Positions 9,715-23,800 are shown, counted from the first letter of the whole stretch. The stretch: DNA of 41,925 nt, filler included, from Nematocida ausubeli (GCF_000738915.1; 17 parts of 15 records of this genome joined end to end with filler, not necessarily neighbours in it), one strand, 5' to 3'. Notes: generated by a model not told the origin, from the sequence alone. Made by a program: numbers and translations.

Positions 9715-11677
9715 NNNNNNNNNNNNNNNNNNNNNNNNNNNNNNNNNNNNNNNNNNNNTTAATTAATTAANNNNNNNNNNNNNNNNNNNNNNNNNNNNNN
9801 NNNNNNNNNNNNNNATACATGGTGTATGTTACAATTTATAAAAACGTTTTTGACAAACAGTCCAACAAGTTAGACGCATTTGGTAAATTTGGATTATTCC
9901 AAATAGCCAACGAAGAACAGTCATCTGCCAAATTTTCTCATCTTCCAGGCTTTTCTAGCCAAAAGGATTTGCTTGCTTTGCCGCCATGTCTAGAAAAACT
10001 GGAATTAGATTTTTTATTTAGGAGTATAATTCCAAGTTAAAATATATGAGATCAAAAACTGAAACTTCTAGAACTGCTGGAAAACCCATATAAAACACTT
10101 CGTAACTTTGACAGCTTATATGTATCACTGTTTTTTCTGTTTTCTGAACATTGTCTTGGCACGTCGGTAATGTGCAGTGTCCCCGGCCTCTCTGAAGAAA
10201 ACTGTTGCAGTGTCTCCGTCTTCGCTCTCTTGCGCACGATTCGATGGTCCAAAACAACAGTTTTGTCATTAGTCGTTAGTTGTTTTTTATTTGAGTGTCT
10301 TTTTTTACTTTTCTATATTCTCGTGATTTTGGATTTTGTTTGGCAAATAATGGATTAATGTAGGATTTGTGGTACGGTATGCGTCTGAAAACGGAAAAAT
10401 CATCTGCAATTTTCTGGAGCCAGTTTTTGAGAAAAGGGTTTTTTTCCTTTAAAAAGTGACAGAATACCTCCCGGCAATGAGTATTTCAACAATGATTAGT
10501 TCAAGAAAGGAGTAGTAGATGTGTTTTTTGTAGTTTTTAATTGCAAAAACTTAAGGCTTGGTAGGGATTAATAATCTGAAGAGATCTGAACAGTTTGTGT
10601 TCAATGTTTCAGTCAATTGATAGGTGAACTTTAATTGAAGTTTTAGTCTGAAAATAGATGATTTGATTTGTCATCTTTTTGCTCAAAAGTTAGAAAAATT
10701 ATCGAATTTTTAATCGACAAAAATGTCGAAATTCTGCCGAAACGCTCAAAATTTCGTTAACAAACTTTAGTATTTTATGTTCGAAAAAAAATCGATGTTT
10801 TTCTCATAAAACTTTTCGGCGTTTTTCCAACAGTAACTGCAGTACTTTTATCAAAAGTGTTTGGTAATTGTTTAAAACACCAGAAAAGTGGAAAAGCAAA
10901 AATGCAAACTTGGAAAAATATGCATAGTTTTACAAATAATCAATTCCACGCTGTAACATATTTTTCATCACGTCTTCGCATTGTTCAAGCCAAAAGGAAG
11001 ACCCTAGAACAGCAACAGGATGCGTGGGGTCGAGCACTTTAAGTTTTTCTAAAAAATTGATATAATTAAAAAAACTTTTTTTTTAAATCTTCACTTCTAG
11101 AAAAGTAGTTTTCAAATTAGAAAAAAAAACAAATGGTGTCCTTCTACTCGGGTTGGCTGCCTCCGCCCATGATTGCTGATTCGCGACCAATGTGTTTTGA
11201 AGAAAGCTGCGCAAATGTAAATGCGTTTGAAGAGAAATAAACATTAAAAAAAAAGTAAGCATCTCTGCAAAATGAACAACCGAAGAAAAAAAAATAATTA
11301 TCATAAAATCAATTTGGGAATGATTTTATTTCCTTTTCAAACTAAATTATGGATGAATCGAAAAATTGCATTAGAACGCCTCGAGTTTGGATATTTGATC
11401 AAATTGTTAATTTACTTAAAAATCAAACGACTCTCCATTACCATTTTCTTGGTTCTATCGCCTAGCATTTGTTTATGTTTCTTTATGCTTGATGTTCTTT
11501 ATGTTCGAATATTAATAACGTTCATGATTTATAAAAATTGTATGTTGCATTATTCGTAATCAGCCTGCAAAAATGATCGTAATAATATAATTTCATTTAC
11601 GTTTGATACTTCACAAGGATATGCTTTATATTTTTGAAGACTGCAAATTTTTTAAATCATAACAATTATTTTACAGA

Positions 11678-12605
11678 ATGCGTTCCATTTCACCGGAGTC
11701 AAGCGTCAGTTTCGATGCACCGATCTTCTTGTCTTTGTGTCCGTCGGAGAGCACAGAAGTGAAAGTATGTAGTAGCTGAAAAATCATGATTTCATAGAAA
11801 AAAAAATTACATTTATGCTATTTTTTGTGATTTGTTTTAAACTGAAAAATTTAAACAATATGAGTTTTGAATCAAAAACATTTGCATTTAACTTGCTTTT
11901 TAGTAACTTTATCTTTCTTTTTTTTTCCAATAGGGAAAACTTCGGAAAAAAAAATTCATTTTTGAAACACTTCTTTAATTCTACAAAGAAACACTTCTTT
12001 AACTCCATAAAGCTCATATTTTGGAAATTGAAAAATTAAGTGAATTCAAAATGTTGAAAAAAATTAATGAAAATGACACATTGTGATCAAAAATAGCAGG
12101 AATAATGCCTATAAAGTTTTTTTCATCAAAAATTAATATTAATAAAATTATCGTAGAATTATTTATTTTTATAATTGTATATTTTTCAGTTAAAGCCAGG
12201 TCAGGATATTGCAATTGCACATCAAACGAGAAGTGAAGTCCAGTGCAGTATAGTTTCATGAAATAGTTGACCACCAAGTTATTTACTATTTCAGATGAAT
12301 ATGGATTATTCCCTGGCCAATTCCATGAATTCACACAATTCTCACCACTCAAGCCTCTTGAAATGATGCACACTGATCACCCAATTCATAATGGTGGGTA
12401 CAAATTGAATATTTGATATAAGAGTGGTTTTCAGATATTGCTCGACGACGAAGTGAGCCTATAATCGACGAATTTGGTGAGTGTCACAAGCTAGAAAAAC
12501 ATTCTAAAGACGTTTTAATTTCAGATCCAAAATTTGCCGCCGCAGACGATGTTATTGTTAATAGCCACAATGAACCATTTCGACGTATTATACTTGATGC
12601 TACAC
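11678..12605 (+). CDS. Multi-exon nematode (host) gene of unknown function, 3'-partial
   Basis: Exons 11678-11764, 12190-12247, 12295-12393, 12435-12476 and 12525-12605 join in frame (MRSISPESSVSFDAPIFLSLCPSESTEVK-LKPGQDIAIAHQ...). GT..TTTCAG introns include 47, 41 and 48 nt lengths. Confidence 0.72.
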
Positions 12606-12705
12606 NNNNNNNNNNNNNNNNNNNNNNNNNNNNNNNNNNNNNNNNNNNNTTAATTAATTAANNNNNNNNNNNNNNNNNNNNNNNNNNNNNNNNNNNNNNN
12701 NNNNN

Positions 12706-12853
12706 TCTTGCAGCCGTGCCGCCCCAGCCAAACTCCCCACCGGCACGTGTGCGCCTTTCAGGCAGTAGGCCGCGCTGCGCCGCGCCAGCGGTCTTTCACG
12801 CGCGACAAGGTCTCCCGCCTGGCTACATGCGCGGCGCGCGCGGCCCGCGCCGG

Positions 12854-12889
<36 letters not shown>

Positions 12890-12959
12890 GCGCGCCCAGG
12901 CCCGTTCCCCTGGCTGTGGTTTCGCCGGCGGCAGGTAGGGACAGCGGGAATCTCGTTCG

Positions 12960-12994
<35 letters not shown>

Positions 12995-12995
12995 G

Positions 12996-13045
<50 letters not shown>

Positions 13046-14705
13046 CGGCGGCTCGCCCCGCGGTGACTCTCTGGGCACTGGGCAGAACTCACCTCCCCTC
13101 CGCACCCCGAGGCTCCGGGAGGCTATGTTTTAATTAGACAGTCAGACTCCCCCGGCGTTCCGGTTCTAGCGCCGCCAGAGCCAACGCTTCTCCCGAAGTT
13201 ACGCGTCTATTTTGCCGAGTTCCCTTACCCGCGCTTCCCCGCGCCAGAGGCTGCGCGCCTCGGAGACCTGCTGCGGTTTCGGTACGGGCGCGCGCTCCCC
13301 GGGGGCCTCTTTTCACGCGCGCGCGGCCGCACGCCTGTGCCTCTTCGCTGCTCCACGCGTCCAAGCGCGCGCGGGCACAGATGCCTCTCTGCGCCCCGTG
13401 CGCCGCGCGCGTCAAGGCCCCCGCGCCGCTGCCGTTCTGCGCGCGGCGCTCTCTCTTCCCCTTCGCCGCGCACGCTGCGCGCCTTAGGCCCGGCTCTCTC
13501 CTCGCGGAAACCCTTCTCCTCCTCGGCCCTTGGCGCCAAGCCCGCTACTCCCTCCAAGATCTGCGCGCCCGGGGGCTCCACGCCGCGTCGCCGCGCCGCT
13601 TCTCTGCGCCCGGACCGCCCCACTACACACGCGGATTCGCATGGCACGGCCTCGGGGGGACTTCCAGCGCCCTCCATTTTCAGCGCGCGCGGGTTCGGCA
13701 GGAAAGTTGCGACACACTTCTTGGCGGGTGCCGACCTCCATGGCCACCGGCCTGCTGTCCTGACCCGCGCCCGGCTTTCCCCGCTCTCCTCGTCCTCCGC
13801 GGCCCCTTATCCGTGCGCGCGGTTCACCCCGCCTCGCGCGTGCTGCTTACCAGCGCGCGCCCACTCGGCCCGCTGCTGCGCGCGCGTTCGCAGTTCGAGG
13901 CCGCCCTCGTCCGCTCTACCGCGCGCCACGCCCGCGGGCCGGCTGTCCTGCGGGACATTTCGTGGGGAACCAGCTACCACGCGGTTCGATTGGTCTTTCG
14001 CCCCTACGCCCACCTCCCGGGACCGATTTGCACGTCAGGCCCCCTCGGAGCTTCTGCCGGGGCTTCCCCCGCCGTCGCTCGCGGCAGGCGTAGTTCACCG
14101 CGTTTCGGGCCGCTGCGCGCGCACTTTCCGTGCCTCCCCGGCTCTCCGCGCCCGCCGCGCTCCGTCCTCCCGACGTTCCGCTCGCGCGCGCGCAGCGCTC
14201 CTTGGTCCGTGTTTCAAGACGGGCCGCGCGGGTGCCCGCGCCCCGCGCGCTTCGCGCCGCGTGTTTCGCGCCTTTTCACTCCGCTCCCGCGCGTCTTTTC
14301 TCCTTTCCCTCGCGGTACTTCTTCTCTATCGGCCTACCCGTGTATTCTGCCTTCGATGGCCCGCTCCACCCTTCGGCGTGCCCTCCCACGCACGCCTACT
14401 CTTCCCGCTGCGCGCGCCGCGTACGGGCGTTCCACCCTCTCTGCGCGGCCGTCCCCGCCTGTTCCGCAGCGCGCTCCGCCGCACACCCCCGCAGGTTCGC
14501 CGCGGGCTCTTTCCCTTTCGCTCGCCGCTACTCCGGAAATCCGTGTTCGTTTCTTTTCCTCCGCGTACTGATATGCTTAAGTTCTGCGGGTCTCCTCACG
14601 CGCGTCGTCCGTTCCGCCACAGCCGCGCCCGCTCCTGCGCGCTCTTTCGCCTTCTCTGCGTCCTTCCTCGCGCGGATAGCCGAGGGGTCCCCTCGCGGCG
14701 CCCTT
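12706..14705 (-). rRNA. Microsporidian LSU rRNA with fused 5.8S segment, 3'-truncated
   Basis: Minus strand carries a 5.8S-like GGACCCCTCGGCT..GAGGAAGGACGCAG, then ACCCGCAGAACTTAAGCATATC, CCCGTCTTGAAACACGGACCAAGGAG and AACTATGACTCTCTTAAGGTAGCCAAA. The 5' boundary is approximate. Confidence 0.95.
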
Positions 14706-14788
14706 CTTCCGTTGCCGCGCTGCTTTCGCATTGTTTGCCTTCGCATGGAAATGTAAAACACATCCTCTCTGCACACGCGCGCGCTCGT
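14706..14788 (-). other. Single short internal transcribed spacer
   Basis: ~83 nt between the SSU 3' GAAGGATCA and the 5.8S-like motif. Boundaries are approximate. Confidence 0.7.
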
Positions 14789-16196
14789 ATTGATCCTTCC
14801 GCAGGTTCTCCTACGGAAACCTTGTTACGACTTTTATCCAATCTAGGCACAGCAGCTCACGCGCGCACGCGCTTGCCGCGCGCACCCATCTCAGATAGCG
14901 ACGGGCGGTGTGTACAAAAAACAGGGACGCTGTCTCCGCGGGCTGGTGACCCGCGGGTACTGGAAATTCCGTGTTCAGCCCGCGGTTCCGCACGGGCATC
15001 CCCTGCGCGCCGCTCCTCCTGCGCCTCTCGGCACTCCTTCCTGCGCGCACTGTGACGCGCGTGCAGCCCAGCGCTTCCAAGGGCATCACAGACCTGCTAT
15101 CGCCCGCCCTCCTCCGGCTACCCGCCGGCCGTCTGTCCTCTGCCCTGCAAAGCACACGCGGATCGCGCACGTTATCGGATTCAACCAGACAGGTCACCCC
15201 ACGTGCTAACAGCGGCCATGCACCACTCTCGCCCGAATCTCGCCCCGATCCTCCCGGACTCCTCCGCTGGTAAGCTGCCTAGTGTTGAGTCTAATTAAGC
15301 CGCACGCCCCACTCCTTGTGTGTTAATCCGTCAATTTCGTTTAAGTTCCAACCTTGCGGCAATACTTCCCCTATAGCCCTCGCACTCGATTTCTCTCCGG
15401 GCACCTGCTCGCCCCTGCGCGCACGCCCCCGTGTTGGCATCGTTTACCGCCGGAACTACAACGGTCTCTAATCATCTTCGCTTCTCCGGCCTTCGTCCCT
15501 GATCAATGAAAGCGTCCCTGGCAGGCGCCTTCGCCTCTGTCCATCCTCGGCAAGTCTTTGAATTTCACCTCTGGCTGCCAAATCTTCCCGCCCTCGCGCC
15601 GCCCCTCTTGACTTCGCTCCTTCCGTGCATCGCGCTCCTCTTGAACTGCCTGCTTTCCCCACGGCCGTCTCCCCCGACTACGGACCTTTTAAATACAACA
15701 CACACCACAGACACCCTTGAAGCTGGAATTACCGCGGCTGCTGGCACCAGGCTTGCCCTCCAATTGCTTCTCGCCCGCTCTTTTCTCGCGCGCTCTTTCT
15801 CCGTATGTCTCCTCACTGCTTCTCCCCCTGGGAAGTGAGCAAGTTCCGCGCCTGCTGCGATCCTTGGATCTACGGGCTGCCTCTCACACCCGTTCTCCGA
15901 GACCAAACCCTCATCCCTCGTACCCATCGTCGCCTGGGTTGGCCCTGACCCGACCCACTAGCTAATAGGACAGTCTCCCGTTTGGCTGCGCCCTGCGCTG
16001 CTCTGGCGTCCTGCTTCTCCGTGGATGCCCCCCGCCGTGCGTCGTCTTGGCCGAAGGTTTCCTCGGATGTCCGCCCGTGTTCTCCAAGCCGGTCAAAACT
16101 GCGTCCCTGAGCTCTCCGACGCTTCCTTCCGTGTGCCCGTCATGCATGGCTTAGTCTGAAAGACCAGTGTCTATGTCAGGCAGAATCAACCTGGTG
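14789..16196 (-). rRNA. Microsporidian SSU rRNA (~1.4 kb)
   Basis: Starts CACCAGGTTGATTCTGCCTGAC (microsporidian 5' signature). Contains GTGCCAGCAGCCGCGGTAAT and TGTACACACCGCCCGTC. Ends AAGTCGTAACAAGG..CCTGCGGAAGGATCA. Confidence 0.98.
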
Positions 16197-17129
16197 CTTC
16201 TTTTTCTCTGCTCTTCCCTCCTCTTCTCTCTTCTCGCCCTGGCTACTCCCCGATGCTGTCTCTGCGCCCGCTCTTTTCTCCCCTCTGTGCTCTCTCTTTT
16301 CTTTCTCCCCCCCGGCTCTTTTCCTTTTTTTCCGCCTGTCCCGCGCCTTTCCGCCTTTTCTTTTTCTTCCTCCGCCCNNNNNNNNNNNNNNNNNNNNNNN
16401 NNNNNNNNNNNNNNNNNNNNNTTAATTAATTAANNNNNNNNNNNNNNNNNNNNNNNNNNNNNNNNNNNNNNNNNNNNCGAAAACTGCCTTTTTCATGATG
16501 AAAAACGAAACAACACACTTCTTTCTTGAACAAACGGACACCATACAGGTGCGATTGGAACATAACCGAAACGTGTCACAAAAAGCAGAAAATGTGTTTT
16601 GGAGAAGGTGGGGAGAAGAAAAGGTAACAGGATCTGTAAGAGGAAGCCAACAAATGAAACATGTATGTACAAATGGAGATATATGGATAGTAGTATGTAG
16701 ATGTTCAAAATCTCATTTATTTTGCATAGGTTGCTGCGTGGTTGCATAAGAAGGCGTCTGGAATTTGACTTTGATTATGGGACTGTTGAGACGACAAAAA
16801 TGTAATTAAACAAATAAAACTTTGAAGTGGAACGTTCCCATATATAACAACAACTTTGTTTCAAACGTTTTTAAGTGCTTTTCCTTCAGTTTGAAAACTT
16901 CAAAGTTTAATACTGTTAATATTTTCTTGTTGATTTTTTTTAAATAAATAAATTTTATTTTAAAAAATCAAACCGTGAAATTATATCTTCATGTTCATTT
17001 CAAAGCTATTTCAAAGTTTCAATCATTACAAAAAGAAGAACTTCAAAAATCATTATAAAATCTGTCTATCGGTTAGTTTCCATCTTTTTCAAAATTTTCA
17101 AAAAATCAAACACATAATTTCTCAGAGAG

Positions 17130-18732
17130 ATGAAAAACTTTATAATTTTCTCGGTGATTGTGACTTTCGGGTTTTGTGAGAAACTAAGTGAGGAGCTGGA
17201 TTTTGAGCGGGCCGAGCAATGTGGAAAATTACCAGGTCATTTTTTTTTGTGTTTTTGGTTCAAATTTATTTTTATAGAGCATAGAAGTGCTCACATTGAG
17301 CTTGGCTCTGGATTTTTTTTTTCAAAATTCAACCCTTTTTTTTTTTCAAGCCTCCAATCCTTTATTTCAGCCAATAAGACAGCCGTAAGGCCAGCGGACA
17401 CTGAAGCACCATGGTCATTTTATTTTACCTACAAGGATTTGAAGTATACTACAACTCTTGTTTCTCCACGTCACGTTATTTCGGCTGGACCCCTTATTCT
17501 TAAAAGTGTCAATGATACTCAATCGCACAAATGGAAATGGGAAGACGGATCTAAAGTGAATTTTGAGGATTGCAAAGATAAGTGAGTTTCTCGAGTTTTA
17601 TAGCCAAAACTTTTTATGAAAATTTCGAAACAAAATGTAAAAACTTGTGTTAGTGTTATGTATATGATTTAAGAAATAAGTGAATTTTCATCAGGAGGAA
17701 TAAATAATCCGGCTGAAAAATTTCTCGTTCTCTCTTAGTCATTTAAAGTTCGAAAATAAATAATTTCATAATAAACAAAATTCTAAATAATTTCAAAATG
17801 TGTTGATGACAGTTCATAATTTGAATTGTAAAGAGGCCCCACTAAGAAAGTCGTTAAAAAGTTATTTTAAGACCATTGATCAATTTTTCAGAGAAAAAAA
17901 AAATTCCAAAAAGAATACTGAAAGGGATCAAAGTGAGAATAAGCGTGTGCTGGAATCCAGAGAGATGTGGATTCGGTATTCAAAGATCAGTTGTTAACGT
18001 TAGTTTTTTAATTTTTCAGATAGAGACGCTCATTTATGAATATTTCCAATCATTGAAGACAGTAGAATTTCAAAAAATGTAGTATGTTATTTTTTGAACT
18101 ACAGTCGTTTATAGTTGACATTTTTATAGCTTACAATACTGGTGAGTGCTATTAAATAACATTGTTAGAGTAAATATAGAGACTGTACGGTACTTTTAAA
18201 AGTATTGCATGAAAAGTGATAAAATAGAACTCCTATAATTATTTCTTTCAGGGTTGGTATCTAGGAAATTGTCTCCGTGGAGAGGAACCAATTGGACTCA
18301 TTCTCTTGGAACTAAGCTCTAACGTTCCTCCAAATGAGCCATTCTTCGTGCCTGCTTGTATTCCATGTGAGTTTTAAACTTTTTTTGCATGTTTTTGCTT
18401 TTTCCGTGTCATATTTCAAACTGAAACATCTTTTATAAACTGAAAGGAATATCTAAAAGTTGTATCTGGAAAAGTCGGAACGAAAAAATTAAATATGTTC
18501 TCTGTTAAAAATTTAATTGTGTATTCGCTGGTTAATAAGAAAATGAAATTTTCTAGAAAAAGGATTTCTAAATTCAAATTATGATTTAAAGTTTCATATG
18601 AAACTATTGCTTGTTTAATTTTTTTTCGCAAGAATTTGTTGCGAAAGGTGGAATATGGATTTTTTTTCGTTGAAATAACACATTGAATTTTTTATTTAAG
18701 CAGAAGCAAAGCTCACTAAATATGAAGACGAT
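17130..18732 (+). CDS. Nematode DUF316 / trypsin-like secreted protein, multi-exon, partial, with one apparent frameshift
   Basis: Exons 17130-17235, 17371-17581, 17892-17998, 18252-18366 and 18701-18732. Signal peptide, RAEQCG, EAPW..TTTLVSPRHVIS and LILLEL..PACIP motifs. The frame is restored if the A10 run at 17894-17903 is A9. Confidence 0.72.
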
Positions 18733-20851
18733 GTAAGCATACACTCCGTNNNNNNNNNNNNNNNNNNNNNNNNNNNNNNNNNNNNNNNNNNNNTTAATTA
18801 ATTAANNNNNNNNNNNNNNNNNNNNNNNNNNNNNNNNNNNNNNNNNNNNGACAGAATTCTCTTTTCGATTGGCGTCATTTTTTATGGGTAACTATAGTTG
18901 TAGATCCTCAAAATCTAATACGAGTAATGCATGAGTATACAATTGATTTTTGCTTTCAAGTATCCCTTTCCCAATTACAGCAGAAAATCCAGGGGCCGAA
19001 AGAAGTTTAGCCCTATTTGGAGGAAATAGATTCTCAGATGAACAATTTTTCTAGCACTAGTGAAAACTCATTTTAAATTGAAAACATAAACTGTCGCATT
19101 ATCGAAGGACACTGCGAAAATGAGTATTTTCAGAGTTCGAAATAATAATAATAAATCCCAAAAACCAACTTCTTGTTGAATATCCTAGAAATGTTTGAAT
19201 TCAAAAAGGTATTTAATCAAAGTTGTTTTTTTAAAAGAAAAACGCGCAAAATGATTTTTCAGTTCAAATTGGCAGAAATTTATGCGGCAAAGATGTACCT
19301 AACCTTTCTTTTTAATAGTTTCAGATAACTATAAAATCTTAAAGATGGAGAATCGTAATTGTTATACTATTTAGTTAGATTAAAACAGTCTTAAAAACGA
19401 TTTTCATAAAACATATTTCGTGGCGGTTCAACAATTTGAAGAAATAAGACTAATTTTAGAACAAAACTAACTGTCAGTATTGTACAAGACAGAAATTAAT
19501 ACCTATAAGGGAAAAAATGCCACTTTCAACAGGTTGCTAATTTCTACAATTAGATAACTTTCCAATCTGGGAAGGTGTGTAGTGTCCAACGATTATCAGT
19601 GATGATACGGATACTAGAAAGTAACGATGAGAATCTATCATTTCATTTGAGAATTAAGAATCAAAAGAACTGGAAATGGACGAAAGACTGGAAATACACA
19701 GCGGGAAGCTTCTCATTCCCATTTTTTCAATCTTCAAAATTCTTTGATTTCAGGTTTTTGCATTTTTTCTATGGGACAAGGTAGCAATGATCAACTATTT
19801 TTTCGAAAAAGGGGTAGGAGAAAACAAAATTAGAGAAATGAGTGGGCGAATGAAAAATTGAAATTTGGAAATTTGCATAGGAATGTGAAATAGGAATCAA
19901 CATATTCTAGAAATAGAAAGTTTGATTTTTTCTTGGATTTAAAGGTTTTTGTGACAAGTCAAAAGGTATGAACCGCTTTGTCAGGACACAGAACTGTACA
20001 TTCCGATATGAGGATCCAATATTCAAAAAAAACAATTGATGTAGACATGTTAAAAAAAACTTTTATTTAACGTCTGATTTTATTTGGAAATAGGAATTTT
20101 TAACCAATCTTTGAGGTATTTTTTCAAACTTCTCAGCACAAAAAATCGTCAGTAGGAACTGTGTCTGAATGTTGCTGAAATTATCTAAGTAGATTAAATA
20201 TCATATTTACACATTTCAAAATTTTCGAATTTTATATATTCTCAATCATAGTTTTGGTAAATTGGCAAACTTTCCAAAATCTGGATTTTTTGGGAATTTT
20301 GAGCATTCTTGCTTTATAATGCTTGAATTTGGAACATAATAAGAAAATATAAATCTTGAAAAACGCTGTTTAATCGACTTCCAAAGATCAACCAAATCTG
20401 AGTAAGTGCCACGTTTTGACTGAAACTTGAAAAAAAAACATTTTTTGAGACAATTTATCTGCTCATTTTGGCACCATTTGAGTAATTTGAGAGATTTTTC
20501 TCACTGGCGATGTTCTACAAATGTGACCTAAAGGATAGAATCTGCCACGAAATTCTGAGGATGATTTGAACGCAAATGAAAAGAGTACTGCCATCCGACT
20601 CCAGTAACAGAATTTCCATTACACATGTCCGAATGCAATAAGTAAAAACAGTAACGCCAGAAAACAACCTGACACACATTTATAACACATTCAACAGAAT
20701 ATCTTCCTGAAGGTGTTTGTATTATGAATAACTAGCTTTCAGACTTTGTGGCTTCTTCTGGATATTCTCAAAGTTCCGGTTGCCGTTTTGAAGGTTTCAA
20801 ACCGTCGTCATCTTCTGTGTCAATACACCCTTTTGCAGCTTCAATTAGAAT

Positions 20852-20855
<4 letters not shown>

Positions 20856-20890
<35 letters not shown>
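20856..20890. repeat. (CT)n microsatellite at contig end
   Basis: Uninterrupted TC run up to the gap. Confidence 0.95.
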
Positions 20891-23800
20891 NNNNNNNNNN
20901 NNNNNNNNNNNNNNNNNNNNNNNNNNNNNNNNNNTTAATTAATTAANNNNNNNNNNNNNNNNNNNNNNNNNNNNNNNNNNNNNNNNNNNNTCTGCTGGTC
21001 TTATGAAAAATATTAATGAAAGAAGAACTCTAATTGGTTATCATAATGCTTGGACCGAAAACTGCAAAGCAAACCATCTTGTATCAATCGGTTATTTTAT
21101 GGATAAGCTATGCTCATTGGCCGGAATTTGTGCAAAGTTAGTTGACTTTTTAATTTATAAGTTTATGTGCCTGTAAAACTCTGTGAGACAATTTTTTCAG
21201 AACTGAAGCGTCTTCGACGGGATTTTCCACATTTTCAATTGGAGTCTATTTCTTGAATTTCATCGTTTTTTTGGTCATTGTCTGAATACGAATAAATATT
21301 TGATTTAAACTTTTATCGGAAGTGATAAAGACTCGAAAAATTGAAATAAAATTATTGAACCTTTGATCTGAATAGTAATTTTTGAAAATTTTTTAAGCCA
21401 ACGAAATTCGATGAAAAAACATGAATTTTTACTGAAAAACTCCAGACATAACTTGTGCTCTCGAAGATACTGATTATGGAATTTTAACATGAAAATTGGT
21501 TTCATGAAAACCATTTAAAAAGCTGAAATGTCAATTTTAATATAATGTTTACTTTTTTATTCTGAAAAAAGCAAAAAATTGATTTAAATTCGTTTTACAA
21601 CGCTTGACATATTTTGCAGAACAAAAGAGTACTAGACAATTAGTAATAAATTTATTTCGCCAATAATTCAAAGTAGGAAGCAATCAAAAGTCATATATTT
21701 AAAGATTTAGAAATGCAAAATTCCGAAAAAGGGTTCATAAGTAGTTCTTAAAAATTTTGATACCTAAAATTCACAAATATTCTGTATTTTTCTTAATTCA
21801 TCCCTAACTTGAGTTCCATATCGAATCTTCGAGTTTCTTGAGAAATATTGGACGATTGTGGATGCAAAGAAGATCTCATAAAATGGTATTCGGTGGGTGA
21901 CAAAAAGGTCGTTCATAGAAAAACAATGTTGGAACAGCAGTAGCAAACGAAGGCTGTTATTATGACACGCCAATTATACATACGAATATGTGTATTCCGA
22001 TGGTTTGTCTCAAGGCAAAAAGTATGAAATTGAAGGGATCATGAAGATGTTCAAGAAAAAGATGAAGCGTCGGGAAAGAAGGTCAACTGCTAAATCTTGT
22101 GTCTTTGGTTACCAACCAGTGCTATCTTGTTGTTTTGGTTTCTATTAAGATTTGAGTCAATTAATTTTATAGTAATTCAGATATTTTGAAGAACCTACTT
22201 TTGTGAAGTATTAAAACTGATTAGAAAATTTTTGGAAGTTTAAAATAAAATAAGGTTCAAAATTTTCGGGTTTTAATGATTATTTTTCGTCATTTTGACC
22301 AATTTTATATTACTTAAAACAAAATCCCCACGGACATCCACCTTCAAAATTTTCATTCAACGTTTTGGCAAATTGCCAATTTTCGAAACTTTGGCAATTC
22401 ACCAAATTTACTGTCGGTCCGGAGTCAAACTACTAAAATTTTCAAACAATTTTTTAAAATTGAAATACAGAACTGGGTTGAAAAATGTTTTTGGTTGACT
22501 TCCATACATATTTCCCTCTATTTCATTTCTCAGATGAGTTTTATTAAATTAATAAAAATCAGATGGCTACCACCATTTTCTCAAATTGTTCTTCGAAATA
22601 AAAAATTCAAATATCAGGTTTCCTTTAAAAAGCTTTAAAACTTGAGTGATCAAAAATTTAGCCTCCTCCAGAAGCAATTCCAGATGAATGCTTCCGTTTT
22701 TTTGTTGTACATGAATCTCTCTTACACTTCTTTTTTTGAATAAAAGGCTTCAATATAAATCCAGTCCGCAGAAGACATCAAGCCATTTGCCCTCTTTTGT
22801 TTCAATGTCACCAAATAAAACAAAACGAGTCGTGATTTGAAATGCTTGAGACGCGATGGGTGCGCGAGAGCTCCTACAGCAGCATATATGCATAGTTGCA
22901 TAATAATCGGGAGGGGCGCCTTTTTTCCACCGAAGGAGCTTCTTTTTTCCCGCATGGGAGAGGATGAGAGAACCTTAAGAGGTAGACAGGTTGACAGAGG
23001 CAGAAAACGGTGGAAAAGGGGGAATTTGTTTGATGAGATGGTTGGAGACACTTCTTCTCCTTATTTCCACTTTTTCGGAACATTTTTGGAGCATGATGTG
23101 CATGAACTTTATATTTTTATATTTTAAACTCCAGCTTGATTTTGACGTTTGTGGGTTAATCTAAAAAATGACGACGATTCCAATTTGTTCTGGTTTTCGT
23201 GTACTAGCAAGTTTTTCTCTGAAGTGTGGCGCATTTTAAATCGCGTATAAATTTCTAGTTCAATAAAAAAATGCACAAAAACTTAAATATTTTTGGAATA
23301 GTTAAAGAAGTATTCATAGACCAAATGTAAAACCTGTAGCCATGATAACAAAAACTGACGTGAAAGTGAAAACTAGCCTAATTGTAAGACTCAGTCTACT
23401 TATTGTGTACTGATTTAAAAATAGGTACTTCCTCATTATATATTTAATTTCTTCAAGTGCCAAACGAACAAAATTCAGATGGGGACTGCAAGATTGAAAT
23501 AAGCTTCAATACTAATTTCAAAATGCCCGCAGCTTTGGAAAATAATTGATCTTTGACAAAAGTTTGACCACGTGTTATCTGAAACCTAATAGTAAGTAGC
23601 ATATGATTTTTAGTTTCGTAAAAACTTTAAACGTTGCATTTATCTTTAAAAAATTACAAATGTTTCTAAATTTTCACAAAGTGTGCCTGGCCTAGCAAAA
23701 AGTAAGTGAAAGGCTATTAGATGGTGCAATACTAATAGAGGGAGTACGGTACTTTTATTACCAAGTTAGTCTCTAATAGAAACATTTTTCGCAATTGTTT

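Noticed and set aside
9815..10269. ORFs on both strands at the contig start
   Set aside because: Could not build an open spliced frame.
12654..16433. Many long overlapping Arg/Ala/Pro-rich ORFs (up to 572 aa)
   Set aside because: Shadow ORFs of GC-rich rRNA genes.
20495..20710. Possible minus-strand nematode exon encoding a signal peptide
   Set aside because: Requires two frame corrections; cannot be supported without homology.
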